Source: Candidatus Eiseniibacteriota bacterium
GTDB taxonomy: Bacteria > Eisenbacteria > RBG-16-71-46 > CAZEPH01
Direction of reading: 5' to 3'
DNA length: 12,362 nucleotides
NCBI GenBank assembly: GCA_044229145.1
Contig: JBGATO010000096.1
Location: 1 to 12,362 of the forward strand
Part shown: positions 1 through 6,771 of the stretch, piece by piece
Numbering within the stretch: the first letter of the stretch is position 1
How the letters are laid out: the number at the start of each line of letters is the position of its first letter
Made by a program: the position numbers and the translations under genes
The notes under the pieces: model-generated
What the model was told of the DNA's origin: nothing
The model's database searches: none
The model's input: only the letters and a program-made list of their open reading frames with translations

Positions 1-2
1 GA

Positions 3-317
3 TTGCCCGCGGCGACGCGCCTCACGCGCTTGCAGAGCGCGGCCGACGCGTTCCGCGCGCGCTTCGGCGCCGATGCGTTGCAGCCGGCGCACGCGCGGGG
101 GGCGGCGCGCACCGCGCGGGGCGCGGCAGGAACGCCGTCGTCGCGCTGGAAACCCACAGCCGCTACTCGTTCCTGCGCGGCGTGCCCGACGTCGACGAAC
201 TCGCGCGCGTCGCCGCGCGGCGCGGTCACACGCACCTCGCGCTCACCGACACCGGCGGGCTCTACGGCATCGTCGTGTTCCTCCAGGCGGCGCGCGCGCA
301 CGGCCTCGCGCCGCTGA
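3..317 (+). CDS. 3' end of a probable Y-family DNA polymerase (DinB/ImuB-like), truncated by the window edge
   Basis: Frame 3 reads ...RLTRLQSAADAFRARFGADALQPA, resembling the 'L..A.D.IR.RFG..AI' C-terminal helix of DinB/ImuB/UmuC-like proteins. It lies directly upstream of a dnaE2-like gene, the usual mutagenesis-cassette order. After ~nt 95 the frame is low-information and runs to TGA 315-317 inside the dnaE2 PHP region. Only ~25 informative residues are visible. Confidence 0.55.
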   Translation: MPAATRLTRLQSAADAFRARFGADALQPAHARGAARTARGAAGTPSSRWKPTAATRSCAACPTSTNSRASPRGAVTRTSRSPTPAGSTASSCSSRRRARTASRR

Positions 318-2080
318 TCGGCGCGACGGTGGAGGAAGGCGGCGACCGCGCGACGCTGCTCGCCGCCTCGCGCGCGGGCTACGCGACGCTGTGCCGCCAG
401 GTCAGCGCGCACCACGCGCGGCATGCCCGCGCGGCGTTGCGGGCCGGCGCGGCGGCGCCCGAGATCGCCGCGCTCGCGCCGCTGCCGCTCGGCGCGCGGC
501 TGGCCGCCGATCACCACGATCTCGTCGTCGTCACCGATGCACCCCGGGTGCTCGCGGCGCTGCCGCGCAGCGCGGAAGCGTGGGTCGCCTTGCGTTCACC
601 GGAGTGGCGCACCGACCACGCGGCACTGCGCACGCTGGCCCGCGAGCACCGGCGGGAGTGCGTCGCCGTGCATCCGGCGTACTTCCTCGACGCCAGCGAT
701 CACGCGTTGCACCGGCTGCTGCGCGCGATCGCCGGCAATACGACGCTGTCGCGCCTGCGTGCCGACGATTGCGCGCCGCCCGGCGCCGCGCTGCTCGACG
801 ACGACGGCATGCACCGCCGCTTCCCCGGCGCCGCCGACGTGCTCGCCGCGACGCGCGCGGTGGCGGAGCGCTGCGCGGTGACGTGGGAATTCGGTACGCA
901 CGTCACGCCCGGCGTCGCCGCCGACGCGCGCGAGGCGGCGGCGACGCTGCGCGCCCACGCCTTCGCCGGCGCCGTCCGCCGCTACGGCACGCGCGCCGAC
1001 GGCACGCTGCGCGACGACGTCGTCCGCCGCCTCGAATACGAACTCGAGATCATCGACGGCAAGGACTTCGCCGAGTACTTCCTCGCCGTCGAGGACATCG
1101 TGCGCCAAGCACCGCGCACCTGCGGCCGCGGCTCGGCGGCGGCGTCCATCGTCAGCTTTGCGCTCGGCATCACCAACGTCGATCCGCTCGCGCACGACCT
1201 CTTCTTCGAACGCTTCCTCAACCCCGGGCGCACCGATCCGCCGGACATCGACATCGACTTCGCGTGGGACGAACGCGATCGCGTGCTCGACTACATCTTC
1301 GAACGCTTCGGGGCGCGGCGCGCGGCGATGGTGGCGAATCACGTCGGCTTCCGCGCGCGGGCCGCGGTGCGCGAGATCGCCAAGGTGTACGGGCTGACCG
1401 ACGGCGAGATCGCCGGCGTCACGCGGCGGCTGTCGCAGTTCTGGGATTCGATGGACGCGGAGGAGGCGGTGGGCACGCATCCGTTGTTCCGCGATCTGCA
1501 TCTCGACCCGCCGTGGCCGGAGATCCTGCATCTGGCCACACGGCTCGAAGGGCACATCCGTCACCTCAGCGTGCACTGCGGCGGCGTCGTGCTGACGCGC
1601 GATGCGCTCACCGATCACGCCGCCGTCGAGATGGCGCCGAAGGGCCTGCCGATCTTGCAATGGGAGAAGGAGCAGACCGAAGACGCCGGCTTGGTGAAGA
1701 TCGACATCCTCGGCAACCGTTCGCTGGCGGTGATCCGCGACGCGCTGGCATCGCTCACGCAACAAGGCGTCGCGCGCATCGATCCGCTCGCGCACGACCT
1801 CTTCTTCGAACGCTTCCTCAACCCCGGGCGCACCGATCCGCCGGACATCGACATCGACTTCGCGTGGGACGAACGCGATCGCGTGCTCGACTACATCTTC
1901 GAACGCTTCGGGGCGCGGGTACATCACGGCGTGGCTCGACCGCCTGCACGGCGCGCCGTTCGTGCCGCTGCATCCGCTGGTCGGCGCGATCCTGCACGAC
2001 ACCTACGGCATCATGGTCTATCAGGAGGACGTGACGAAGGTGGCGATGGCGCTCGCCGGCTTCGACGCGGTCGACGGTGA
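137..2080 (+). CDS. dnaE2: DnaE2-like DNA polymerase III alpha subunit, N-terminal fragment (PHP + palm); genuine sequence ends ~1783, then duplicated segment and out-of-frame tail
   Basis: Frame 2 has VALETHSRYSFLRG (140-181, upstream of the ORF-track GTG at 182), ALTDTGGLYG, RLEYELEII..KDFAEYFL, CGRGSAAASIVSFALGITNVDP, LFFERFLNPGRTDPPDIDIDF (two catalytic Asp), RHLSVHCGGVV and GLVKIDILG (third catalytic Asp). The true start is uncertain. Confidence 0.88.
   Translation, partial: VVALETHSRYSFLRGVPDVDELARVAARRGHTHLALTDTGGLYGIVVFLQAARAHGLAPLIGATVEEGGDRATLLAASRAGYATLCRQVSAHHARHARAALRAGAAAPEIAALAPLPLGARLAADHHDLVVVTDAPRVLAALPRSAEAWVALRSPEWRTDHAALRTLAREHRRECVAVHPAYFLDASDHALHRLLRAIAGNTTLSRLRADDCAPPGAALLDDDGMHRRFPGAADVLAATRAVAERCAVTWEFGTHVTPGVAADAREAAATLRAHAFAGAVRRYGTRADGTLRDDVVRRLEYELEIIDGKDFAEYFLAVEDIVRQAPRTCGRGSAAASIVSFALGITNVDPLAHDLFFERFLNPGRTDPPDIDIDFAWDERDRVLDYIFERFGARRAAMVANHVGFRARAAVREIAKVYGLTDGEIAGVTRRLSQFWDSMDAEEAVGTHPLFRDLHLDPPWPEILHLATRLEGHIRHLSVHCGGVVLTRDALTDHAAVEMAPKGLPILQWEKEQTEDAGLVKIDILGNRSLAVIRDALASLTQQGVARIDPLAHDLFFERFLNPGRTDPPDIDIDFAWDERDRVLDYIFERFGARVHHGVARPPARRAVRAAASAGRRDPARHLRHHGLSGGRDEGGDGARRLRRGRR
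1179..1318 (+). repeat. 140-bp exact direct repeat, copy 1 (native context, encodes DPLAHDLFFERFLNPGRTDPPDIDIDFAWDERDRVLDYIFERFGAR)
   Basis: Base-for-base identical to 1779-1918. Flanks differ at 1178/1778 (g/a) and 1319/1919 (c/g). Confidence 0.97.
1779..1918 (+). repeat. 140-bp exact direct repeat, copy 2 (ectopic, interrupts dnaE2)
   Basis: Identical to 1179-1318 at an offset of exactly 600 nt. It enters in frame 2, but the DnaE sequence resumes in frame 3 right after it. Confidence 0.97.
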
Positions 2081-3290
2081 CGGCCTGCGCAAGGCGCTGT
2101 CGAAGAAGCGGCCGGTGCAGACGCTGCGCGCGTACCGCGAACGATTCTTCGACGGCGCCCGCGCCCGCGGCGCCGACGACGAGACCGTCGAACGCATCTG
2201 GGACATGATCCTGTCGTTCAGCGGCTACTCGTTCTGCAAGCCGCACAGCGCGTCGTACGCGATGGTGTCGTTCCAGTCGGCGTATTTGCGCGCGCACTTC
2301 CCGGCGTCGTTCATGGCGGCGGTGTTGTCGAACGGCGGCGGGTTCTACGCGACGTTCGCGTACGTCAGCGAGGCGAAGCGCATGCGTCTCGCGGTGCTGC
2401 CGCCGTGCGTGAACGAGAGCGACATCGCGTATCGCGGCGACGAAACCGCGCGCGCGATCCGCGTCGGCTTGCAGCAGATTCGCGGATTGAGCGTCGAGGC
2501 GATGGAGGCGGTGCTCACGGCGCGGCGCGACGGCGGCGCGTTCGCGTCGCTCGACGATCTGCTGGCGCGGGCGGCTCTCTCGGTGGCGGACGCGCGGCGG
2601 CTGGTGCTGAGCGGCGCGTGCGATGCGCTGGAGCCAACGCGCGCGCGGCCGGCGCTGTTGTGGGCGCTGCATCTCGCCGCCGGGCCGGGCGCGGCGCACG
2701 TGGCGGCGGCGTCCGCGTCGGCCGGCCGCGCCTACGCCGAGGCCGGCACGCGTTCCGACGCGCGCCGCGAGGCCGCCGCGCCACGCGCGCGCCGCCGCGC
2801 CGCGCAAGCCTCCCTGTTCGGCGACACGCCGTGGGACGATCGCGCCGCACCCGCGCTCGCCGCGCCGGCCGTCGAGGCGTACGACGCGCCGACGCTGCTT
2901 CGCCTCGAGGTCGAATCGCTCGGCTTCCTGCTCTCGCGCCATCCGTTGACGCTCTATCGCGCCGACATCGCCCGGCTGCGCGCCGCGCCCGGCCCGCCGC
3001 TGGTGCCTGGCCGCGACCTCCGCGCCCACGCCGGCCGCCGCGTGCGGACGATCGGCTGGTACGTCACCTCGAAGACCGTGCAGACGCGCGAGGAGGAGCC
3101 GATGGAGTTCGTCTCGTTCGAGGACACCACGGCGCTCTACGAGACGACGTTCTTTCCCGACGCGTACCGCCGCTTCGCGCGCATCCTCCAGGCGACGCGC
3201 CCGTACGTGCTCGACGGCCGCGTCGAGGAGCAGCACGGCGCGGTGTCGCTGACGGTGGAGGGCGCGGCGTTTCTGGATGGGCGGCGCTAA
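1917..3290 (+). CDS. dnaE2: DnaE2-like DNA polymerase III alpha subunit, C-terminal fragment (fingers, HhH, OB fold)
   Basis: Frame 3 reads GYITAWLDRLHG..LHP..ILHDTYGIMVYQEDV, FSGYSFCKPHSASYA, YLRAHFPASFMAAVLSNGGGFY, VLPPCVNES, IRVGLQQIRGL, EVESLGFLLSRHPL and the OB fold KTVQTREEEPMEFVSFEDTT. It stops at TAA 3288-3290 with no tau-binding C-terminal domain. The ORF track starts it at GTG 1962, but homology extends back to the repeat junction. Confidence 0.9.
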   Translation, partial: GYITAWLDRLHGAPFVPLHPLVGAILHDTYGIMVYQEDVTKVAMALAGFDAVDGDGLRKALSKKRPVQTLRAYRERFFDGARARGADDETVERIWDMILSFSGYSFCKPHSASYAMVSFQSAYLRAHFPASFMAAVLSNGGGFYATFAYVSEAKRMRLAVLPPCVNESDIAYRGDETARAIRVGLQQIRGLSVEAMEAVLTARRDGGAFASLDDLLARAALSVADARRLVLSGACDALEPTRARPALLWALHLAAGPGAAHVAAASASAGRAYAEAGTRSDARREAAAPRARRRAAQASLFGDTPWDDRAAPALAAPAVEAYDAPTLLRLEVESLGFLLSRHPLTLYRADIARLRAAPGPPLVPGRDLRAHAGRRVRTIGWYVTSKTVQTREEEPMEFVSFEDTTALYETTFFPDAYRRFARILQATRPYVLDGRVEEQHGAVSLTVEGAAFLDGRR

Positions 3291-3835
3291 GGCGCGCGCC
3301 GCGCTGTCGCCACCGCCGCGCGAAACTCCGCGAACTTCGCCGCCATCCCTTCCGCTTCGCTCCACGCGCGCAGACCCGTCATCGAGACGCGCCGCCGCAC
3401 GGCAATGGCCACCGCCGCGTCGAGACTCTGCCGATCGTTCCAGTGATAGAACGCCGCGAGCCGGTCGCGGCACGAATCGGTCGGCGACAACGCGAGGAAG
3501 CGCATCGAGCCGACGCGCAACTCGGCAGGCGTCACCGCAAGGTCGCCGCCGACCGCCAGCGGGCCGGGCAGGAACTCGACGAAGAATCGCGCACGCGGGT
3601 GGTCGTAGTGGTCGCCGGCGCGGCGAAAGCCGAGCGACGCCAGCGCGGCGTCGACATCCGCGACCTGCGCGCCGGCGCCGAGGACGAAATCGACATCGAG
3701 CGACACGTACGCACCGTCGGAGTGCAGGCTCGCGCAGGCGCCGCCGGTCAACACGGCGCGCACGCCGTGACGCCGCAACGCGTCGCCGACCGCGGCCGCG
3801 AGGTCGCGCAACGATGTCTTTGCCGTGATGCTCAC
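3287..3835 (-). CDS. Nucleotidyltransferase-fold protein (AbiEii/MenT-like), 182 aa
   Basis: VLTGGACASLHSDGAYVSLDVDFV fits the pol-beta superfamily hGG.A...(D/E)hDh signature, with a third acidic residue in FFVEFL and a helical C-terminus (DRLAAFYHWNDRQSL). The GTG start overlaps the upstream TGA stop (GTGA, 3835-3832). Confidence 0.7.
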   Translation of the reverse strand: MSITAKTSLRDLAAAVGDALRRHGVRAVLTGGACASLHSDGAYVSLDVDFVLGAGAQVADVDAALASLGFRRAGDHYDHPRARFFVEFLPGPLAVGGDLAVTPAELRVGSMRFLALSPTDSCRDRLAAFYHWNDRQSLDAAVAIAVRRRVSMTGLRAWSEAEGMAAKFAEFRAAVATARRAP

Positions 3836-4161
3836 AGCGGCTTTCCGGCGCGCCGCGGACGGCGGCGCAGCGCCGCAACCGCCGCGCGCAACTCCGGCTC
3901 ACCTTCGACGAGCCGGGCGAGATACGCGGCCAGCTCCTCCGCCGCGAAGTAGCGCGGATCGACGCGGTACGCCTTGGCGCGTCCGACGAGACGCGCGGCG
4001 ACGATGCCGTCGCGCTCGAGGCCGGCGAGTGCCGACAGGACGCCACTGTGCGACGCGCCGATGACCCGCGCGAGCTCCCGCACGTGGCTTTCGCCGAGCA
4101 ATTGCAGCGCGAGGAGCGCTCTCGTGCGCGTCGCGCCGCCGAAGGGGCTGGACGTTCTCAT
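3832..4161 (-). CDS. Winged helix-turn-helix (ArsR/MarR-like) regulator or putative antitoxin, ~109 aa
   Basis: FGGATRTRALLAL..GESHVRELARVIGASHSGVLSALAGLERDGIV.ARLVGRAKAYRV is a wHTH with a beta-wing, followed by a basic tail RRRPRRAGKPL. ATG 4161 is preferred (alternatives 4170, 4188). The ORF-track extension to 4269 crosses the AT-rich promoter region. Confidence 0.8.
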   Translation of the reverse strand: MRTSSPFGGATRTRALLALQLLGESHVRELARVIGASHSGVLSALAGLERDGIVAARLVGRAKAYRVDPRYFAAEELAAYLARLVEGEPELRAAVAALRRRPRRAGKPL

Positions 4162-4208
4162 GGTCTTCATTATCGTCCATTTGGTCATATTTAATGACCA
4201 TATGTCAA
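4162..4208. promoter_or_regulatory. AT-rich divergent promoter region with palindromic operator TGGTCAT-N5-ATGACCA
   Basis: Perfect 7-bp inverted repeat at 4182-4188/4194-4200, extendable by CAT/ATG (4178-4180/4202-4204) across one mismatch. On the minus strand there is TTGACA at 4208-4203 and GATAAT at 4174-4169. This is a marked AT island in very GC-rich DNA. Confidence 0.7.
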
Positions 4209-4267
4209 GCCCAGGGCCGGCGCCTCCGCCTTGCGGCCCGCCGCCCCTTCCCCTACCCTCCGTCGCC

Positions 4268-6388
4268 ATGTCTCGCCTTCTCCACGTGGCGCTCGCGGCG
4301 GCCCTGCTCGTCGCCGGCTGCTCGGCGCGTCACGGCGTCTATCCGCCCAACCTGCGTCCGCACGTCGCGCTCACCGACGGGCCGGTGGCGCGCACCACCG
4401 CGAGCTACACGATTCCGCTGTCGTGGCGCGGCTGGGACGACGACGGCGTCATCGACCACTTCCTCTACACGATCGACACCATCGACACGACGTGGACGCG
4501 GACGACGGCGCACGAGACGGTGGCGTCGTTCACCGCGACCTCGCGGGCCGACAGCACGCACTTCGCGGACTGGCACACGTTCTACGTCAAGGCGGTGGAC
4601 GACAAAGGCGCGGAGTCGGAGCCGGCGACGCTGACCTTCAATGCGTCCACCATCGCGCCGCAGACGCATCCGGTGAAGCCGGTGCAGCTGGCGTCCGGCA
4701 ACGGCATCAACTCGCCGCTCAGCGGCGGTCCGACATTGCGCCTCGAATGGAGCGGCGAGGACCCGGACGGCGTGCATACGCTGGTGCCGGTCGGCTACGA
4801 AGTGGTGCGCGTGCCGCTGACCCGCAACATCGCCGGAGATTGGGACGCCGCGCGCGCTCTCTGCACCGGCGCCACCGCGCAAGTGCAGCGCCTCGGCCGC
4901 GTGTCGACGCTGTCGTTCGCCGACCTCGCACCCAGCGGACGCGGCACCAACTGGATGTTCTGGGTGCGCGCCATCGACGAAGCCGGCGCGGTGGAACCGT
5001 GGCCGTCGCGCAGCGGCGTGTGGCCGTCGTTCTTCTTCTTCTACTTCGCGCTGCCCAACGTGCAGGGGCCGGCGCTGACGCTCAACTCGTATGCGTTCGG
5101 GCGCTTCGACGTGCAGGGCGCGGACCGCGACTCGTTCGACTACGCGTTCGACGCGCCGTTCAACGTCACCTTCACGGCCGATGCGTCGAACTACGGTGGC
5201 GACATCGACGGTTTCCGCTGGGGCGTCGACCTCGCGGACATCGACAACCCGCGCGATCCCGGCTGGGCCACCGGCTGGACACGCGGGCTGCGCGGAGTCA
5301 GCGGCCTCGTCTTCCACGACCGCGACGCGCCGATCCACGACCTCGTCATCCAAGCGCGCGACACCAACGGCGCGATCTCCACGGCGACGCTGCGCATCAC
5401 GCTGGTGCCGTTCGACTTCGATCGCGATGTCTTGCTCGTCGACGACGAGTGGGAGCTGTACGCCACCGGCAGCGCGCCGACCAGTTCGCAGCACGTGCAG
5501 TACATGACGGATCGCCTGCGCGGCGCGCTCGGCGCGCTCGGACGGCCGGCGCGCGTCGACGTCTACTCGACGTTCCCCGACTCGACGATGCCGAGTTCGA
5601 AGCCGGTGCGGCTGGCGACGCTCGGCCACTACCGCGCCGTCGTGTGGGACGCCGGCCGCCCGCCGTTCCAGAACACGCTGTTCGCGATGTCGGCGGTGAG
5701 TGCGTCGTCGGGCATCACGCGCGTCAATCCGCTCGCCACGTATCTCGAGGCGGGCGGGCGGTTGATCGTCAGCGGGCTCGGCAACGCGCGCAGCACGGTC
5801 ACCGCGGTACCAGCCACCGGGCGCAACATCGGCGCCGGCCAAGGCCTGGCGCCCGGCCTCGGCAACTTCGCCATCGAATACTGGCATCTGCCGGCGACGG
5901 TGTGGTTCGGGCGCGACAATCCGACCATCAACGGCTTGCTCGCGTGCGAACCGACGGCGTGGTCGCGCGCGCACGGCGGCTTCCCGCGCCTCAGTTTCGA
6001 CATCGACCGGTTCTGGGTCATCGCGGCCAGCGGGCCGAGCGGCTCGGAGGCGCTCGACGCCATTCGCCCGCCGTCGCTGCGCGGCGCCGGCGACTTCGTC
6101 GAACCGCTGTATTCGTACGTCTCGGCCGGCGGCGATCTCGGCCCGAAGTCGACGTCGTATCTGCACGGGCTGGTGAACGCGCAGTGGTTCAAGAAGGCGC
6201 CGCGCCGCGAGGACGAAGATTGGCAGTACGAGGTCGCCTGGTTCGGCTTCCCGCTCTACGCGATGCGGCCGGACGGCGTGGAAGGCGCGCTGACCGAACT
6301 GCTGCGCGGCATGTTGGGCGACCGCCGCTGGCGTGGCGCCGCCGTCACACGGCCTCCGGCAGCTCCAACAAACCCCAGCGCCTCCTGA
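4268..6388 (+). CDS. Lipoprotein, ~706 aa, with 2-3 FN3/Ig-like beta-sandwich modules and a C-terminal alpha/beta domain
   Basis: From ATG 4268: MSRLLHVALAAALLVAG|C (lipobox, Cys18). Repeated motifs are LSWRGWDDDG...FYVKAVDDKG, LEWSGEDPDG...FWVRAIDEAG and a degenerate ...LVIQARDTNG. The C-terminus has VLLVDDE..YRAVVWDAG..LATYLEAGGRLIVSG..WFGFPLY. GC3 bias is strong in this frame. Confidence 0.8.
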   Translation: MSRLLHVALAAALLVAGCSARHGVYPPNLRPHVALTDGPVARTTASYTIPLSWRGWDDDGVIDHFLYTIDTIDTTWTRTTAHETVASFTATSRADSTHFADWHTFYVKAVDDKGAESEPATLTFNASTIAPQTHPVKPVQLASGNGINSPLSGGPTLRLEWSGEDPDGVHTLVPVGYEVVRVPLTRNIAGDWDAARALCTGATAQVQRLGRVSTLSFADLAPSGRGTNWMFWVRAIDEAGAVEPWPSRSGVWPSFFFFYFALPNVQGPALTLNSYAFGRFDVQGADRDSFDYAFDAPFNVTFTADASNYGGDIDGFRWGVDLADIDNPRDPGWATGWTRGLRGVSGLVFHDRDAPIHDLVIQARDTNGAISTATLRITLVPFDFDRDVLLVDDEWELYATGSAPTSSQHVQYMTDRLRGALGALGRPARVDVYSTFPDSTMPSSKPVRLATLGHYRAVVWDAGRPPFQNTLFAMSAVSASSGITRVNPLATYLEAGGRLIVSGLGNARSTVTAVPATGRNIGAGQGLAPGLGNFAIEYWHLPATVWFGRDNPTINGLLACEPTAWSRAHGGFPRLSFDIDRFWVIAASGPSGSEALDAIRPPSLRGAGDFVEPLYSYVSAGGDLGPKSTSYLHGLVNAQWFKKAPRREDEDWQYEVAWFGFPLYAMRPDGVEGALTELLRGMLGDRRWRGAAVTRPPAAPTNPSAS

Positions 6389-6771
6389 GCGGCGCCAGCA
6401 CGAATGCGCTCAGGATGTCGATGCCCGCGTGAGCGACGATTCCCGGCCAGAGGGAATGCGTGAGGGCGACCGGCAGGAGCAATGTCGCGCCCAGAAGCCC
6501 TGCCCGCACGGCGCCAATCGCGTTCTGATAGCTGTGCGCGAACGCGAATCCGAGCGTCGCGAGAGTGGCCCCGATCGCCCACGAGCCAGTCGCGTGTACC
6601 AACACCGAAATGAAGACGCCGCGATACAGGAACTTCTCACACACGCCCGCCGACACCACGATCCACCACAGCCTCCCGCTCCGGCCGATCGGGAAGAGCC
6701 CGCGAGCACAGCGGCACGCCGATCAGGATGTAGGCCGTCCACGCCAGCAGCAGCAACTCCAGCGATCGCAT
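6345..6771 (-). pseudogene. CPBP family (CAAX protease/Abi) intramembrane metalloprotease, frameshifted and internally deleted
   Basis: SD GAGGAGGAG (6784-6776) precedes ATG 6771, which reads MRSLELLLLAWTAYILIGVPL in one frame. The catalytic half is in another frame: LFP..LWWIVVSAGVCEKFLYRG (EExxxR with E>K), FAFAHSYQ (FxxxH) and HAGID (HxxxD). The whole locus is only ~140 codons. Confidence 0.75.

Noticed and set aside
1203..1309. 14-bp direct repeat TCTTCGAACGCTTC (1203-1216, 1296-1309, and again in copy 2)
   Set aside because: It is explained by the peptide FERF occurring twice with preferred codons. It is not a CRISPR or att site.
1179..1918. Diversity-generating retroelement TR/VR pair as an explanation for the 140-bp repeat
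   Set aside because: The copies are 100% identical with no adenine-specific mismatches, and no reverse transcriptase is present in the window.
73..2034. 653-aa frame-1 ORF and other long Arg/Ala-rich ORFs (596-2002 -, 1818-4046 -, 2405-3952 +, 4231-6432 +, 4253-6166 -, 7968-9185 -, 9916-11883 +, 10976-12037 -)
   Set aside because: These are shadow frames of real genes in very GC-rich DNA. They are low-complexity, carry no motifs and overlap well-supported CDSs.
1734..2080. Naturally split DnaE, intein or programmed +1 frameshift
   Set aside because: There are no intein motifs or slippery site at the break, and a conserved block is missing, so recoding would not give a complete enzyme.
3974..4267. 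98-aa N-terminal extension of the lipoprotein in the ORF track
   Set aside because: It overlaps the antisense wHTH gene and promoter. The lipoprotein signal peptide starts at ATG 4268.
5030..5047. (TTC)4 run encoding FFFFYF as a phase-variation tract
   Set aside because: It is a short trinucleotide repeat, so slippage would keep the frame.
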